64,000 nucleotides of DNA from a virus. Below the pieces are notes generated by a model. That model did no database searches. It was not told where the DNA came from and saw only the letters and a program-made list of their open reading frames with translations. The stretch covers positions 1 to 64,000 of the IMG/VR virus record IMGVR_UViG_3300027749_000089; one strand, given 5' to 3'. This document shows positions 34,017 to 43,118 of this stretch, piece after piece. The position numbers and the translations under genes were made by a program. Position 1 is the stretch's first letter, and every line of letters starts with the position of its first letter.

Positions 34017-37000
34017 ATGATTATTAATAGTAATACACAAATTTATGACAAAACGCTAGATCGCGCAGCGATGATCCGTCTATATGAGAGAAGAGTCTCT
34101 GGTAAAGTTGATTTAGTAATTGATGGTCATGTTGTTAGACTAGATAAATTAATTAAAGATGCAGAATTATCAGGACGAGGTTTCGAAAAATTTAGAGAAG
34201 CTATTGACCAAGAATTAAGAAAGACATATAAATCAATTAATAATTCTGTTCAAAAAGATCTATCATCTCTTGTATCTGATCAACTCTCATATGCTTATCA
34301 AAAAGTAGAAGTGGCAATGGGTAAAATATGGCGTACTGAAAGACCTAAGAATAGAATCTCTGAAGAAATTGTACTTAAAAACCCATTAAGTGAAAACGGT
34401 ACAATGGAGCAGGGATGGTCAGGTATTGCCAAGAATGAAAAAATTAGATTAGAAGCAGTTATACGCAAAGGTATAGCTGACGGAAAAAGCGTAGATGAAA
34501 TAGCTCTACAAATACGTTCAGGAAACGTACATAATATAACTCGCATGCAGTCGAAAGGTCTGGTAATAACAGCCATTACAGCTGTATCCTCTCAGGCTGA
34601 TCATGCTATTTATAAAGCAAATGAAAAAGCGTTACAAGGATGGCAATATGTTGCTGTCCTTGACGCACGAACAACTCCGCTATGTGCTCATAGAGATGGT
34701 GAAATTTATCCGATAAGCGATACAATACATCTTCCACCGGCACACTGGCATTGCAGATCTACTACAGTTCCTGTATTTAAATCATGGAGCGATATAGCAG
34801 ATCTGGAAAGTGTAGCACAAGTAAGACGTAGGAATATTGAGAACTTAACTGATGCTCAAAAAGCTTTTTATGACGGTAACACACCTCTTAGAGAGTCATA
34901 CAACGATTGGCTAAAGCGGCAACCACAAGATGTACAATTAAGGCATCTTGGTGATTATAAAAAAGTTAACATGTTTCAATCAGGACAACTTACTGTTGAT
35001 CAATTTACTAACCCAGAAGGTAACACTATTGGAATTAAAGAATTGAGACGTATGACTGATCCTACATATACACTTCCTAATGATACACAGAAATTTGCTA
35101 ATGCAAAAGCTAAATTAGATGCGATGCAATTACCTATTATGACACCAGATGATTTAATAGGAGATCCTAAATTAATTCAAACATTAAAAGATTATTATTT
35201 ATTACAGGCAGGTGAATTAGATGGTACCTTATCTCTTACCAATTATCGAGGCGCACTTATCCATACAAAGAAAGCTGCCAAGACAAGAGTGCTTAACAGT
35301 CTTCCAACGGAGGACCAACTCATCTTTAACCCCGTTACCGGTAGGTACGAAGATACAAGATTATATCAACCTAATCCATCCGTACTCAATAATAACTTAA
35401 GACTTGCAAAACAAAGTGATGTTTTGAAACCAAAAGATAAAGAGTTTATTAATTCATTTAATACTGCGCTTAGTGAAAAGATGAGTGTTAATGAGCGTGC
35501 CGTTGTGGTAGATAACCTTCGTATTCTATTTACCAGATTTAGAAATAATGGTGAACAGTGGAATAACTTTAAAGCTGTGGTACAGGGTCAAATTAAATTT
35601 GATGTAATGAATGTTTCTGATGCTATTGAAACTCAGATACGTAGTGATATCAACGTATTGAAGAAACTCAAACAAGATAATTATATTGATCCAGTATTAG
35701 GTCCAACTCAATTACAAGACTTGCATGATAATTTCATTGATAATATTCGTGCTAAGAATAACTGGGAAGATACTATATCTCCTAAGATAGCTAGAGAGTT
35801 ACGTAATACATTTGATTACAAGATACCCTTAGTATTAAAAAGAATGCCTAATGGTAAAGAGCGTTTAACTGAATCTGCATTACAACAATTTTATCTAAAG
35901 TTTGCGCACAGATTAAGCATGGCAGATATGCCTGATAGAGATCAATTTGCTATTGCATTAGGAAGAGATTTATACAATCTTGCTAATATGAACGGCACTA
36001 GACGTAAATGGTACGAAACAGGTATGAAGCTTCTTGAAGCTAAAAATGTTAGTAACTTCTTTGAAGTTGAAACATATGGTGTTCAAAAGCGAAGAATGAA
36101 AAGTAGACTTAGTGGTTCCTTGTTTGGCCCTTATTATGACACTCTGTCATATAATATAAGAGTTGTAGACCCTCGAATACAAGAATATTCACAGCTCACA
36201 CGGAAAGTGGACGTTGGCCTACGTGTTGGCGTAACAACAGAAAAGAACAAACTGGTTTTTCGCGAGGGATATAAAACTTATTTTATTGACAGAGGTCTCC
36301 TAGGTTTAGAAGATACAAGAATACCTATTACGTCAACAAATAGTTTTTCAGATTTTCCTGAAGAACTTGTTGATAAAAATATGGCAGATGCGTTAAATTG
36401 GGCATCTAAGTCTAAGTATAAAATTGATAATGACTTTTACGACTTTACACAAAAATTATTATACTTTGAAGATGATCGAGGTAACGCTAAAAAGTATAAT
36501 GATCTAAATGAATACAAACACTATATTTCATCTCGTGGTGATGCATATGAACGATTTAAATCTATGGATTGGCTTAGAAATAATGATTACGCTTTCAGTA
36601 ATCATGCTTTTGTCGATCATCGGGCTAGGATCTATGATCGTGGCCTTATTAGTCCGCAATCGGGAGAATCATTTAGACCTTTCTTAAATACTGAAGTAGA
36701 AAAAGTTCTTGGCGAAGATGGATATAGAAACTTCAGAGATCAGATAGGTGCCTTTATGGGTGGTCTAAATGATGTATTTGAAGGTAGATATAATTCATTG
36801 TCATTTACTGGACGCCAAAAGATTGCTGATAAATTGTGGCCAGATATGGTAGACCTTGGTAATAAAATGTTAAGAGCCAAACCTGCAGATTTACGTGCTA
36901 TTCTGGAATCAGATACGGTGCAATTAATTGAAGGTGAGGAACTTGGTAAGTTCATGAGATTTGCCATGGAAGCTGCTAAGATAGATAATCATCTTAAAGC

Positions 37001-38654
37001 CGGTGGCTCTATGAATGCATACAAAACAGCCTTAGCCTTGGAACAAGATGCATCGTCTTCAGGTGCTCAGATTATTGCATTAACTACAAAGAATAAGCAA
37101 TTAGCTTCATTATCTAATGTTATACCAACAAATCAGAAACGCAGACTATATGATGAAATTGCTGCTGCAACATTTAATGATCCTCGGTTTAAGGTGCTTA
37201 ACGAAAGATTATGCCTCAATGAAAAAGATTTACGTAAAGCTGCAAAAGCTCAAAATATGGTTACGTTTTATGGTGCTGGTGAGAGAACGGGAATTTTAAA
37301 TGTAGAAGGAAAGTTAGCTAAAGTACTTGGGAAGGACTCTTCTACACTAGTAGTAAAAGCTAGTGATCGTGATAAAGTATTAAATGAAATTTCAGCTCGT
37401 GCGGCTAGATATGAAAAGTTTGATCCAGAGACAACTGCAGAGCTTAAACAGCTTAGAGAAAACGTTAAAGATATATTTAACAAAGGCTTAGATCCTGGTG
37501 ATGACATTATGGAACAGTTATATTTCCTGGATCCTGCTACTAAAGACTTAGTAGAAAAAATGACACACACCTATGATATGGTGGTTACACCTAAAGACTT
37601 CCAAGCTATTGCTAAATTAATGTCTGAACATTTAGGTGAGCAGGTTCCTATTCTTAAAGATTTTACTAAATTCTTTGGTAGACTAGCTGAAGATTATTTA
37701 ACTAATGCTAAGCCTTCACAAGCTGCATTAGATTGGAGATCTATAGGCGCTACTAGTATATTAGGTGCCCGTAAAAAAGGTTATGTATTACCTGATAGAG
37801 TTAGTGAAATATTAGGATTGAAGCCTGGAGAAGCTTTGTCTGAAAAGTTTTTAAAGAGATTTGATGGTTGGAAACCTGACGGAACCTTGGCTGATCTTAT
37901 TTATGGTGTAAAAGGCCCAAAAGATCGTAGAACTGGATTTAAAGTATTTAAAGTAGAGCCTATAGAAAAATTAAATATCTCTAAAGGTTTTGAAATATTT
38001 TATGCTAATAAGCTGCCCAAGTCTTGGACTAATGTCCCATGGGTTAATTTTGATGGAAAAGTTATTGAGCAAAACTTTACCCAGTCATTTGAAGAAAGAT
38101 TAGTCTATAAAGACAAAGATGGTAATTGGGTTAATAATTTGGTTCAGGTGCAGCAGAAAACAGAAGCCACTTGGTGGGAACAGGTAGTTAATGCAGACGG
38201 TAAAATAAATGACATTGCAGACGCAACTAAAGCACGAACAGCATATGCAGTTAACGGCAATCACTCAAATGATGCCACGTTGGTTAAGAATTTCCATATC
38301 TGGGGACGAGACAATAAGATTGCCACAAGCACCATTCACGATGCGTTTTTCGCCAATGCAGCCGATATGCTGGAGGCCCGGAAGGGTATAAGAAAACTAT
38401 ATGCTAACGTACTAGATAAGAACCCTGTCAAGGTTACTTTAGATGAAATGTTAGCTAGAGGTTTTCCAAAAGAATTATATGATAAATATTTAGAAGAAGC
38501 TATTGACAAAGGATTAATTCCAGTTGCTGGTAAATCAGTTGTCGGTGGTAAAACATTAACAGAAGCTGACATCTTAACAAAGAAAGATGTAATGAGCGAT
38601 ATCCCCGATCCTACTAAATTTGAGGATGATTGGGGTTTTTACGGCATAGGCTGA
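34017..38654 (+). CDS. MuF (SPP1 gp7-like minor head protein) fused to a T7-family single-subunit RNA polymerase
   Basis: N-terminal WQYVAVLDARTTPLCAHRDG...PPAHWHCRST (MuF). C-terminal DHRARIY (DxxGR-like), QDASSSGAQ (motif A), RKAAKAQNMVTFYG (motif B), NGNHSND, TIHDAF (motif C). Confidence 0.9.
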   Translation: MIINSNTQIYDKTLDRAAMIRLYERRVSGKVDLVIDGHVVRLDKLIKDAELSGRGFEKFREAIDQELRKTYKSINNSVQKDLSSLVSDQLSYAYQKVEVAMGKIWRTERPKNRISEEIVLKNPLSENGTMEQGWSGIAKNEKIRLEAVIRKGIADGKSVDEIALQIRSGNVHNITRMQSKGLVITAITAVSSQADHAIYKANEKALQGWQYVAVLDARTTPLCAHRDGEIYPISDTIHLPPAHWHCRSTTVPVFKSWSDIADLESVAQVRRRNIENLTDAQKAFYDGNTPLRESYNDWLKRQPQDVQLRHLGDYKKVNMFQSGQLTVDQFTNPEGNTIGIKELRRMTDPTYTLPNDTQKFANAKAKLDAMQLPIMTPDDLIGDPKLIQTLKDYYLLQAGELDGTLSLTNYRGALIHTKKAAKTRVLNSLPTEDQLIFNPVTGRYEDTRLYQPNPSVLNNNLRLAKQSDVLKPKDKEFINSFNTALSEKMSVNERAVVVDNLRILFTRFRNNGEQWNNFKAVVQGQIKFDVMNVSDAIETQIRSDINVLKKLKQDNYIDPVLGPTQLQDLHDNFIDNIRAKNNWEDTISPKIARELRNTFDYKIPLVLKRMPNGKERLTESALQQFYLKFAHRLSMADMPDRDQFAIALGRDLYNLANMNGTRRKWYETGMKLLEAKNVSNFFEVETYGVQKRRMKSRLSGSLFGPYYDTLSYNIRVVDPRIQEYSQLTRKVDVGLRVGVTTEKNKLVFREGYKTYFIDRGLLGLEDTRIPITSTNSFSDFPEELVDKNMADALNWASKSKYKIDNDFYDFTQKLLYFEDDRGNAKKYNDLNEYKHYISSRGDAYERFKSMDWLRNNDYAFSNHAFVDHRARIYDRGLISPQSGESFRPFLNTEVEKVLGEDGYRNFRDQIGAFMGGLNDVFEGRYNSLSFTGRQKIADKLWPDMVDLGNKMLRAKPADLRAILESDTVQLIEGEELGKFMRFAMEAAKIDNHLKAGGSMNAYKTALALEQDASSSGAQIIALTTKNKQLASLSNVIPTNQKRRLYDEIAAATFNDPRFKVLNERLCLNEKDLRKAAKAQNMVTFYGAGERTGILNVEGKLAKVLGKDSSTLVVKASDRDKVLNEISARAARYEKFDPETTAELKQLRENVKDIFNKGLDPGDDIMEQLYFLDPATKDLVEKMTHTYDMVVTPKDFQAIAKLMSEHLGEQVPILKDFTKFFGRLAEDYLTNAKPSQAALDWRSIGATSILGARKKGYVLPDRVSEILGLKPGEALSEKFLKRFDGWKPDGTLADLIYGVKGPKDRRTGFKVFKVEPIEKLNISKGFEIFYANKLPKSWTNVPWVNFDGKVIEQNFTQSFEERLVYKDKDGNWVNNLVQVQQKTEATWWEQVVNADGKINDIADATKARTAYAVNGNHSNDATLVKNFHIWGRDNKIATSTIHDAFFANAADMLEARKGIRKLYANVLDKNPVKVTLDEMLARGFPKELYDKYLEEAIDKGLIPVAGKSVVGGKTLTEADILTKKDVMSDIPDPTKFEDDWGFYGIG

Positions 38655-38657
38655 AAT

Positions 38658-38792
38658 ATGAACGCAGAAATTAAAAGATGTACATGTCAACATCCTAATC
38701 AGGATAAACTCCATGGCAATGGAATGAGAGTGATGAATCCAGATCAGAAGAAAGGGTTCACATGCACTGTATGTGGAGCAAAACACAAATGA
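38658..38792 (+). CDS. 44-aa Zn-ribbon-like micro-protein
   Basis: MNAEIKRCTCQHPNQDKLHGNGMRVMNPDQKKGFTCTVCGAKHK (CxC...CxxC); starts 3 nt after the RNAP stop. Confidence 0.7.
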   Translation: MNAEIKRCTCQHPNQDKLHGNGMRVMNPDQKKGFTCTVCGAKHK

Positions 38793-39010
38793 GATTTAGT
38801 CACGCATTAGATTTAATAATTGCAAACCACAAACTAGCACGTACAGGTTGGAACGGTAAAAACATGTATGTCAGTATTGTTAGAAATTTTGGTTCAGTTG
38901 AGCCATTTTTCATATTAACACAACCTACTAAGACGAACACATGGGTTCCTTCAATGTCTGATTTATTATCGGATGATTGGGTTATCTTTCCAGAGACCCC
39001 GTTAAATTAA
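38789..39010 (+). CDS. DUF2829-family protein (Tad2-like candidate anti-defence signal sponge)
   Basis: MRFSHAL...ARTGWNGKNMYV...WVPSMSDLLSDDW signature. Confidence 0.8.
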   Translation: MRFSHALDLIIANHKLARTGWNGKNMYVSIVRNFGSVEPFFILTQPTKTNTWVPSMSDLLSDDWVIFPETPLN

Positions 39011-39014
39011 CCCT
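38996..39014 (+). promoter_or_regulatory. 19-bp motif copy 4
   Basis: ACCCCGTTAAATTAACCCT overlapping the DUF2829 stop codon. Confidence 0.7.
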
Positions 39015-39109
39015 TAAGCGGTCCCCCCTTTAATGAGTCTATTAGTTAATTAGTCCTTTATTTATTCTTTAATAAAATAATAATAAATAAATATATTAAT
39101 GATTAATAG

Positions 39110-39128
39110 ACCCCGTTAAATTAACCCT
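39110..39128 (+). promoter_or_regulatory. 19-bp motif copy 5
   Basis: ACCCCGTTAAATTAACCCT about 80 bp upstream of the scaffold/capsid operon. Confidence 0.7.
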
Positions 39129-39206
39129 AAATACTAAAAACAAATATCCTATAGGGTGAATTGTATTCACTTTATAACACTGAGTTGTACTCAAAGGAAA
39201 CATAAA

Positions 39207-39845
39207 ATGACCGAAAATGTCGAAGAAAAAGAAACTGATAATATTACTCCGGATACTACTGCTACCAATTCTCCTGTGGATGATATGGACACGAAGATCC
39301 AAGAAGCTCTTAAACCAATCAAAGAAAAACTCGATAAAGCGTACAGCGAAAGAGACAATGCGTTAAAGAAAGCTGCTGAGTATGAACAAAAAGAGAAAGA
39401 AGCTGAAATAAAAAGACTTCAAGAAGAAGGAAAACATAAAGAAGTTTATGAACTTCAGTTAGCGGAAGCCAATGCTAAATTGGAAACGATAACAAAACGT
39501 AACATAGAACTCGCTAGAGATTTAGAAGTAAAATCTGCTCTTAGTGGATATACGTTTAGAAGTGATAAAGCTGCGGATATGGCATATATGGATGTGGCAT
39601 CGCAACTTGTACAAAATGAAAATGGAGTATGGGTGCATAAATCAGGAACTGATCTAAGAACCTTTATAAAACAATTTTCTGAAGACGATAACAATTCTTT
39701 CTTATTCAAACCAAAAGTTTCGACAGGGGCCGGTCAGACAAGTTCTAGCAGTACTTCTCAAGATACTTCGAATAAATCTTTATTCCAGTTATCACAAGAT
39801 GAAGTGCTTAAACGTGCTGCTGAAGGATCACTTCGCAGGAAATAA
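39207..39845 (+). CDS. Capsid scaffolding protein
   Basis: AAGGA RBS; acidic coiled-coil, F-L-F-K...G-x-G tail; directly upstream of the major capsid gene. Confidence 0.8.
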   Translation: MTENVEEKETDNITPDTTATNSPVDDMDTKIQEALKPIKEKLDKAYSERDNALKKAAEYEQKEKEAEIKRLQEEGKHKEVYELQLAEANAKLETITKRNIELARDLEVKSALSGYTFRSDKAADMAYMDVASQLVQNENGVWVHKSGTDLRTFIKQFSEDDNNSFLFKPKVSTGAGQTSSSSTSQDTSNKSLFQLSQDEVLKRAAEGSLRRK

Positions 39846-39867
39846 ATACTTTAAGGAAAAATGAAAA

Positions 39868-41106
39868 ATGGGCGCTACAACTTTAAGCCTTACTAATGGG
39901 CCATCGGGATTATCTACTAATTATGTATTACAAGAAGCTATTGGCGCATACAGCGACGAAGCTTACACTAATGCTAGAAAATTATCAGGTACAGGAATTA
40001 CTTCTTCTAACCCACAAATTGATACCAGCACAGAAACCTTTATTGGCCAAATGCGTTGGATGAAACCGTTAAACCCAACTATTAACGTTGCGTCATTAAC
40101 TGATTCTACAGATGGTACTAAAACCAGTTACGACACTGACTACAGCACATATATTAAAACTGTGCGTACACACGGTGCCGAAAAAGTTAACATGCAACAA
40201 ATTGTTACACAACAAGACGGTCTAGCTAAAATTGGTCGTGACTTCGGTGAAACTCGTGCTCAAGACGAACACAATGCTATTCTTTCTGTATTGAAAGGTG
40301 TTGCTGTAGCTGAAGCATTAAACGGTGCTGCTACAGGCTCTGGTTCAACTGGTCTTGGTGGTCAAACATTCTCTAACGATCCTACAGATAAGAAATATGG
40401 TTTCTACGTAGATCTTGGTTCTGAGAAAATCGTTACTGCTAATGGTGTTGCTCCTGGTGCCGTTGTTAACTATGCATATCAAGGTGCTTCACGTGCTGAA
40501 GGTTTCTTAAATGCATTCGGCATGGCATTTAAAGATTATGAACCAGAATGGGCATACTTAGTTGTATCTCCTGAAACTATGGCTTCATTCCGTTCAGCTA
40601 ATTTTGTTGATGAAACAACTATTGTTGATGGTAACATTAATTTTAACACAATCTTCAATGGTAAATTCCGTTTAATCACTACACGTGCTGCTCAGTCGCT
40701 TTCTGCTGCTGAATTAACAATGTTACGTACTGGTGCTGGCGTTGGTGCTACAACTACTTTTGCTGCTAATAAGAAAACTTCATTCATTGTATTGCCAGGT
40801 GCAATTGCAATGGAACAGTTGATGGTTCCTGATTCAGTTGAAGTTTACCGTGACGCTAACAAATACAAAGGTGGCGGTACAACTTCTATTTGGAATCGTT
40901 GGGGTTATGTATTATCTCCTGCTGGTTACGATTGGAATGGTGCTAAAACTGCATTCCCATCTGACGCTGATTACATGGGTGTTGTTGAAAGCGGTACTTC
41001 TAAAGCTCTTACAGCTACAACTACTATTGCTAGCGCACGTGGTACATGGACACGTAAAACACAATCAGCATTATCATTAGGTATCTTACCTGTATTCCAT
41101 TCTTAA
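39868..41106 (+). CDS. Major capsid protein
   Basis: 412 aa, strong codon bias, position after the scaffold gene. Confidence 0.8.
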   Translation: MGATTLSLTNGPSGLSTNYVLQEAIGAYSDEAYTNARKLSGTGITSSNPQIDTSTETFIGQMRWMKPLNPTINVASLTDSTDGTKTSYDTDYSTYIKTVRTHGAEKVNMQQIVTQQDGLAKIGRDFGETRAQDEHNAILSVLKGVAVAEALNGAATGSGSTGLGGQTFSNDPTDKKYGFYVDLGSEKIVTANGVAPGAVVNYAYQGASRAEGFLNAFGMAFKDYEPEWAYLVVSPETMASFRSANFVDETTIVDGNINFNTIFNGKFRLITTRAAQSLSAAELTMLRTGAGVGATTTFAANKKTSFIVLPGAIAMEQLMVPDSVEVYRDANKYKGGGTTSIWNRWGYVLSPAGYDWNGAKTAFPSDADYMGVVESGTSKALTATTTIASARGTWTRKTQSALSLGILPVFHS

Positions 41107-41116
41107 GGAGTAAGTT

Positions 41117-41599
41117 ATGGCACTAGTTAAAGGTGTTAATTCAAATGCTACCGTAACTGAGGCCGATACTTATTTTGAGAACAGACTAGATGTAGCGGCA
41201 TGGACTGACGCTTCCGATACTCAGAAAGAACAATCTCTATGTACTGCTACATTTATGTTGGATGAATTGGATTGGATCGGAGTAGCTACAGATTCAACTC
41301 AGTCACTTGCTCATCCTCGTAAAGATGGTGAATATTTTGATCCTAAGCTTGGCATACTTGTTCCATTAGTTTCCACTGTTGTTGATATAAGAGTCACTAA
41401 AGCTACTTATGAGTTAGCTTATCATTTATTAAATAATGATGGACTTTTAGACAACACAGGCTTAATCAAAGATTTAGAACTTAGTGGCATTAAACTTAGT
41501 GTTATTAGACCTGCGGATAAAATCCCTATGGTTGCAAAAACACTTATCAAACCATTACTCCGGAATAGTGGTAAGAGAACATGGTGGAGGGCTAATTAA
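41117..41599 (+). CDS. Head-tail adaptor/connector
   Basis: NSNATVTEADTYF...W...L..AT..LD...W.G......Q.LAHPR pattern; position after the capsid gene. Confidence 0.75.
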   Translation: MALVKGVNSNATVTEADTYFENRLDVAAWTDASDTQKEQSLCTATFMLDELDWIGVATDSTQSLAHPRKDGEYFDPKLGILVPLVSTVVDIRVTKATYELAYHLLNNDGLLDNTGLIKDLELSGIKLSVIRPADKIPMVAKTLIKPLLRNSGKRTWWRAN

Positions 41600-41943
41600 T
41601 GGCATATAATTCATTAATTGGTAATTCATTAAATAAAGCATTTAATGCAGCTAAAGACTTAGCTATTGATGCAGTGTTTACAAAGACAACTAATTCTGAG
41701 TTTGATTTTAGCACTGGTGAAGTTAACGATACAACTATACCTTCGATAACGACAAAAATAATTATTACAAAAACGTCTAAAACTTCAGAAGCGAAAACTA
41801 TGACTATTATGTTTAAAACAAAAGAAGTCGGAGCGTTTTCAATGACAGACCATGTGTATATAGATAGTGCTAAATGGCATATTGGTAATGTGATTACTTC
41901 AAACAATCATATTTCAGTTGTTGAACTCTATCATGAGGTATAA
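41599..41943 (+). CDS. Head closure/stopper protein
   Basis: Position; FDFSTGEV motif; beta-rich, 114 aa. Confidence 0.55.
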   Translation: MAYNSLIGNSLNKAFNAAKDLAIDAVFTKTTNSEFDFSTGEVNDTTIPSITTKIIITKTSKTSEAKTMTIMFKTKEVGAFSMTDHVYIDSAKWHIGNVITSNNHISVVELYHEV

Positions 41944-41945
41944 CT

Positions 41946-42356
41946 ATGGGTAAGTATACTGATTTAGAAAAAGACGTTTATTCAGTATTTTCATCTAATG
42001 AATGGAAAGCTGAAGAAATAAAAACATTCCCGACAAATTTTGTAGTGATGAATACTACTAATGACGAATTTATACGCGTATCAGTGATACCTAGTGGAAA
42101 CCCTATAGATAGATACTCATTAGCAGGAATTCTCATAATTGATATTTTTACAGCTGCAGGTTCAGGTACTAGACGTGCCTCAATAATAGCAGATACTTTA
42201 GATAGTTATTTAACTAACAAATCTAAAAATACAGGCTCTGGAATGACTCAATTCGGTATAAGTAGTCTAGCACATTTAGGTGCAGATAAAGCTTTGCCTG
42301 TGATTCATAAAAGTACCTATACAATCTCTTTCAACTTCTTCGGAAGTTCTACTTAA
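41946..42356 (+). CDS. Tail terminator protein
   Basis: Position before the major tail gene; GILIIDIF..AG.G...A..IAD.L pattern. Confidence 0.65.
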   Translation: MGKYTDLEKDVYSVFSSNEWKAEEIKTFPTNFVVMNTTNDEFIRVSVIPSGNPIDRYSLAGILIIDIFTAAGSGTRRASIIADTLDSYLTNKSKNTGSGMTQFGISSLAHLGADKALPVIHKSTYTISFNFFGSST

Positions 42357-42372
42357 ATTTAAAGGAATAAAA

Positions 42373-43068
42373 ATGGCTCACATTTCTTCTATTGCTGCGG
42401 CAATGTTTTCAGATTTATCTGTCTGCACTAAAGCACATGACTTGACAACATATAATTTAGAAACACTTATTAAAGAAATTCAGTCAGGTCAATTAACATC
42501 AACAGGTGATGGCTTGTCAACTGCGGGTAAAGCAGTTGCGACACAAGGTTTGTTTCAAACATTAGATTCTGCTACTGATACAGGCGGTTTCTTACGTATT
42601 ACAAACATCAAAGAATTTCCTGCAGTTGGTACGCCTGCAAACGTTGTTAAAGTTCCTGAATATGGTGCTAAAACATCTAAACAAATCCAAGGACAAGCTG
42701 ACTCACCAACGATGGAACTTACTCTGAACTTTGTTCCAGATAAATGGAAAGAAAACAAAGTTGCATACAGTACTGGCTCTTCATCTCCTATTGTTATTGG
42801 TGATGGTAATGTTTATTTGTTTAGATTCACATTATTAGCGCAAGAACCAGAAGGCTATAAAGCTATTACCGATACTGCATCAGTAGATACTGATGCGATT
42901 GGCGGTTCAGGCACAACTTCTTCTGTAATTGGTGCTGTTAAAAACTCTTCTTATTACTTCTTAGGTAAATTTGAAGCGTTAGAAGTAACACCCAGCTTGA
43001 CAGATGCTATGTCAGCGAAATTAACTATTACTGTACAATCAGATATTCGTGGTGCATTCACTGTGTAA
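42373..43068 (+). CDS. Major tail tube protein
   Basis: EFPAVGTPANVVKVPEYG..SKQIQGQADSPTMELTLNFVP; followed by a terminator and chaperone genes. Confidence 0.8.
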   Translation: MAHISSIAAAMFSDLSVCTKAHDLTTYNLETLIKEIQSGQLTSTGDGLSTAGKAVATQGLFQTLDSATDTGGFLRITNIKEFPAVGTPANVVKVPEYGAKTSKQIQGQADSPTMELTLNFVPDKWKENKVAYSTGSSSPIVIGDGNVYLFRFTLLAQEPEGYKAITDTASVDTDAIGGSGTTSSVIGAVKNSSYYFLGKFEALEVTPSLTDAMSAKLTITVQSDIRGAFTV

Positions 43069-43079
43069 ATGATGTACTT

Positions 43080-43104
43080 GGAGGGGATTCGTCCCCTCCT
43101 TCTT
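43080..43104 (+). terminator. Terminator after the major tail gene
   Basis: GGAGGGGA-TTCG-TCCCCTCC followed by TTCTT. Confidence 0.75.
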
Positions 43105-43118
43105 ATTATGGATAGTAT

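Noticed and set aside
34017-38654. MuF polymorphic toxin
   Set aside because: The C-terminal extension has ordered RNAP motifs A, B and C, not a nuclease, ADP-ribosyltransferase or protease toxin domain.
12657-39128. 19-bp repeats as a CRISPR array
   Set aside because: Copies are dispersed or 114-156 bp apart with AT-rich spacers, there is no regular repeat-spacer period, and no cas genes are present.
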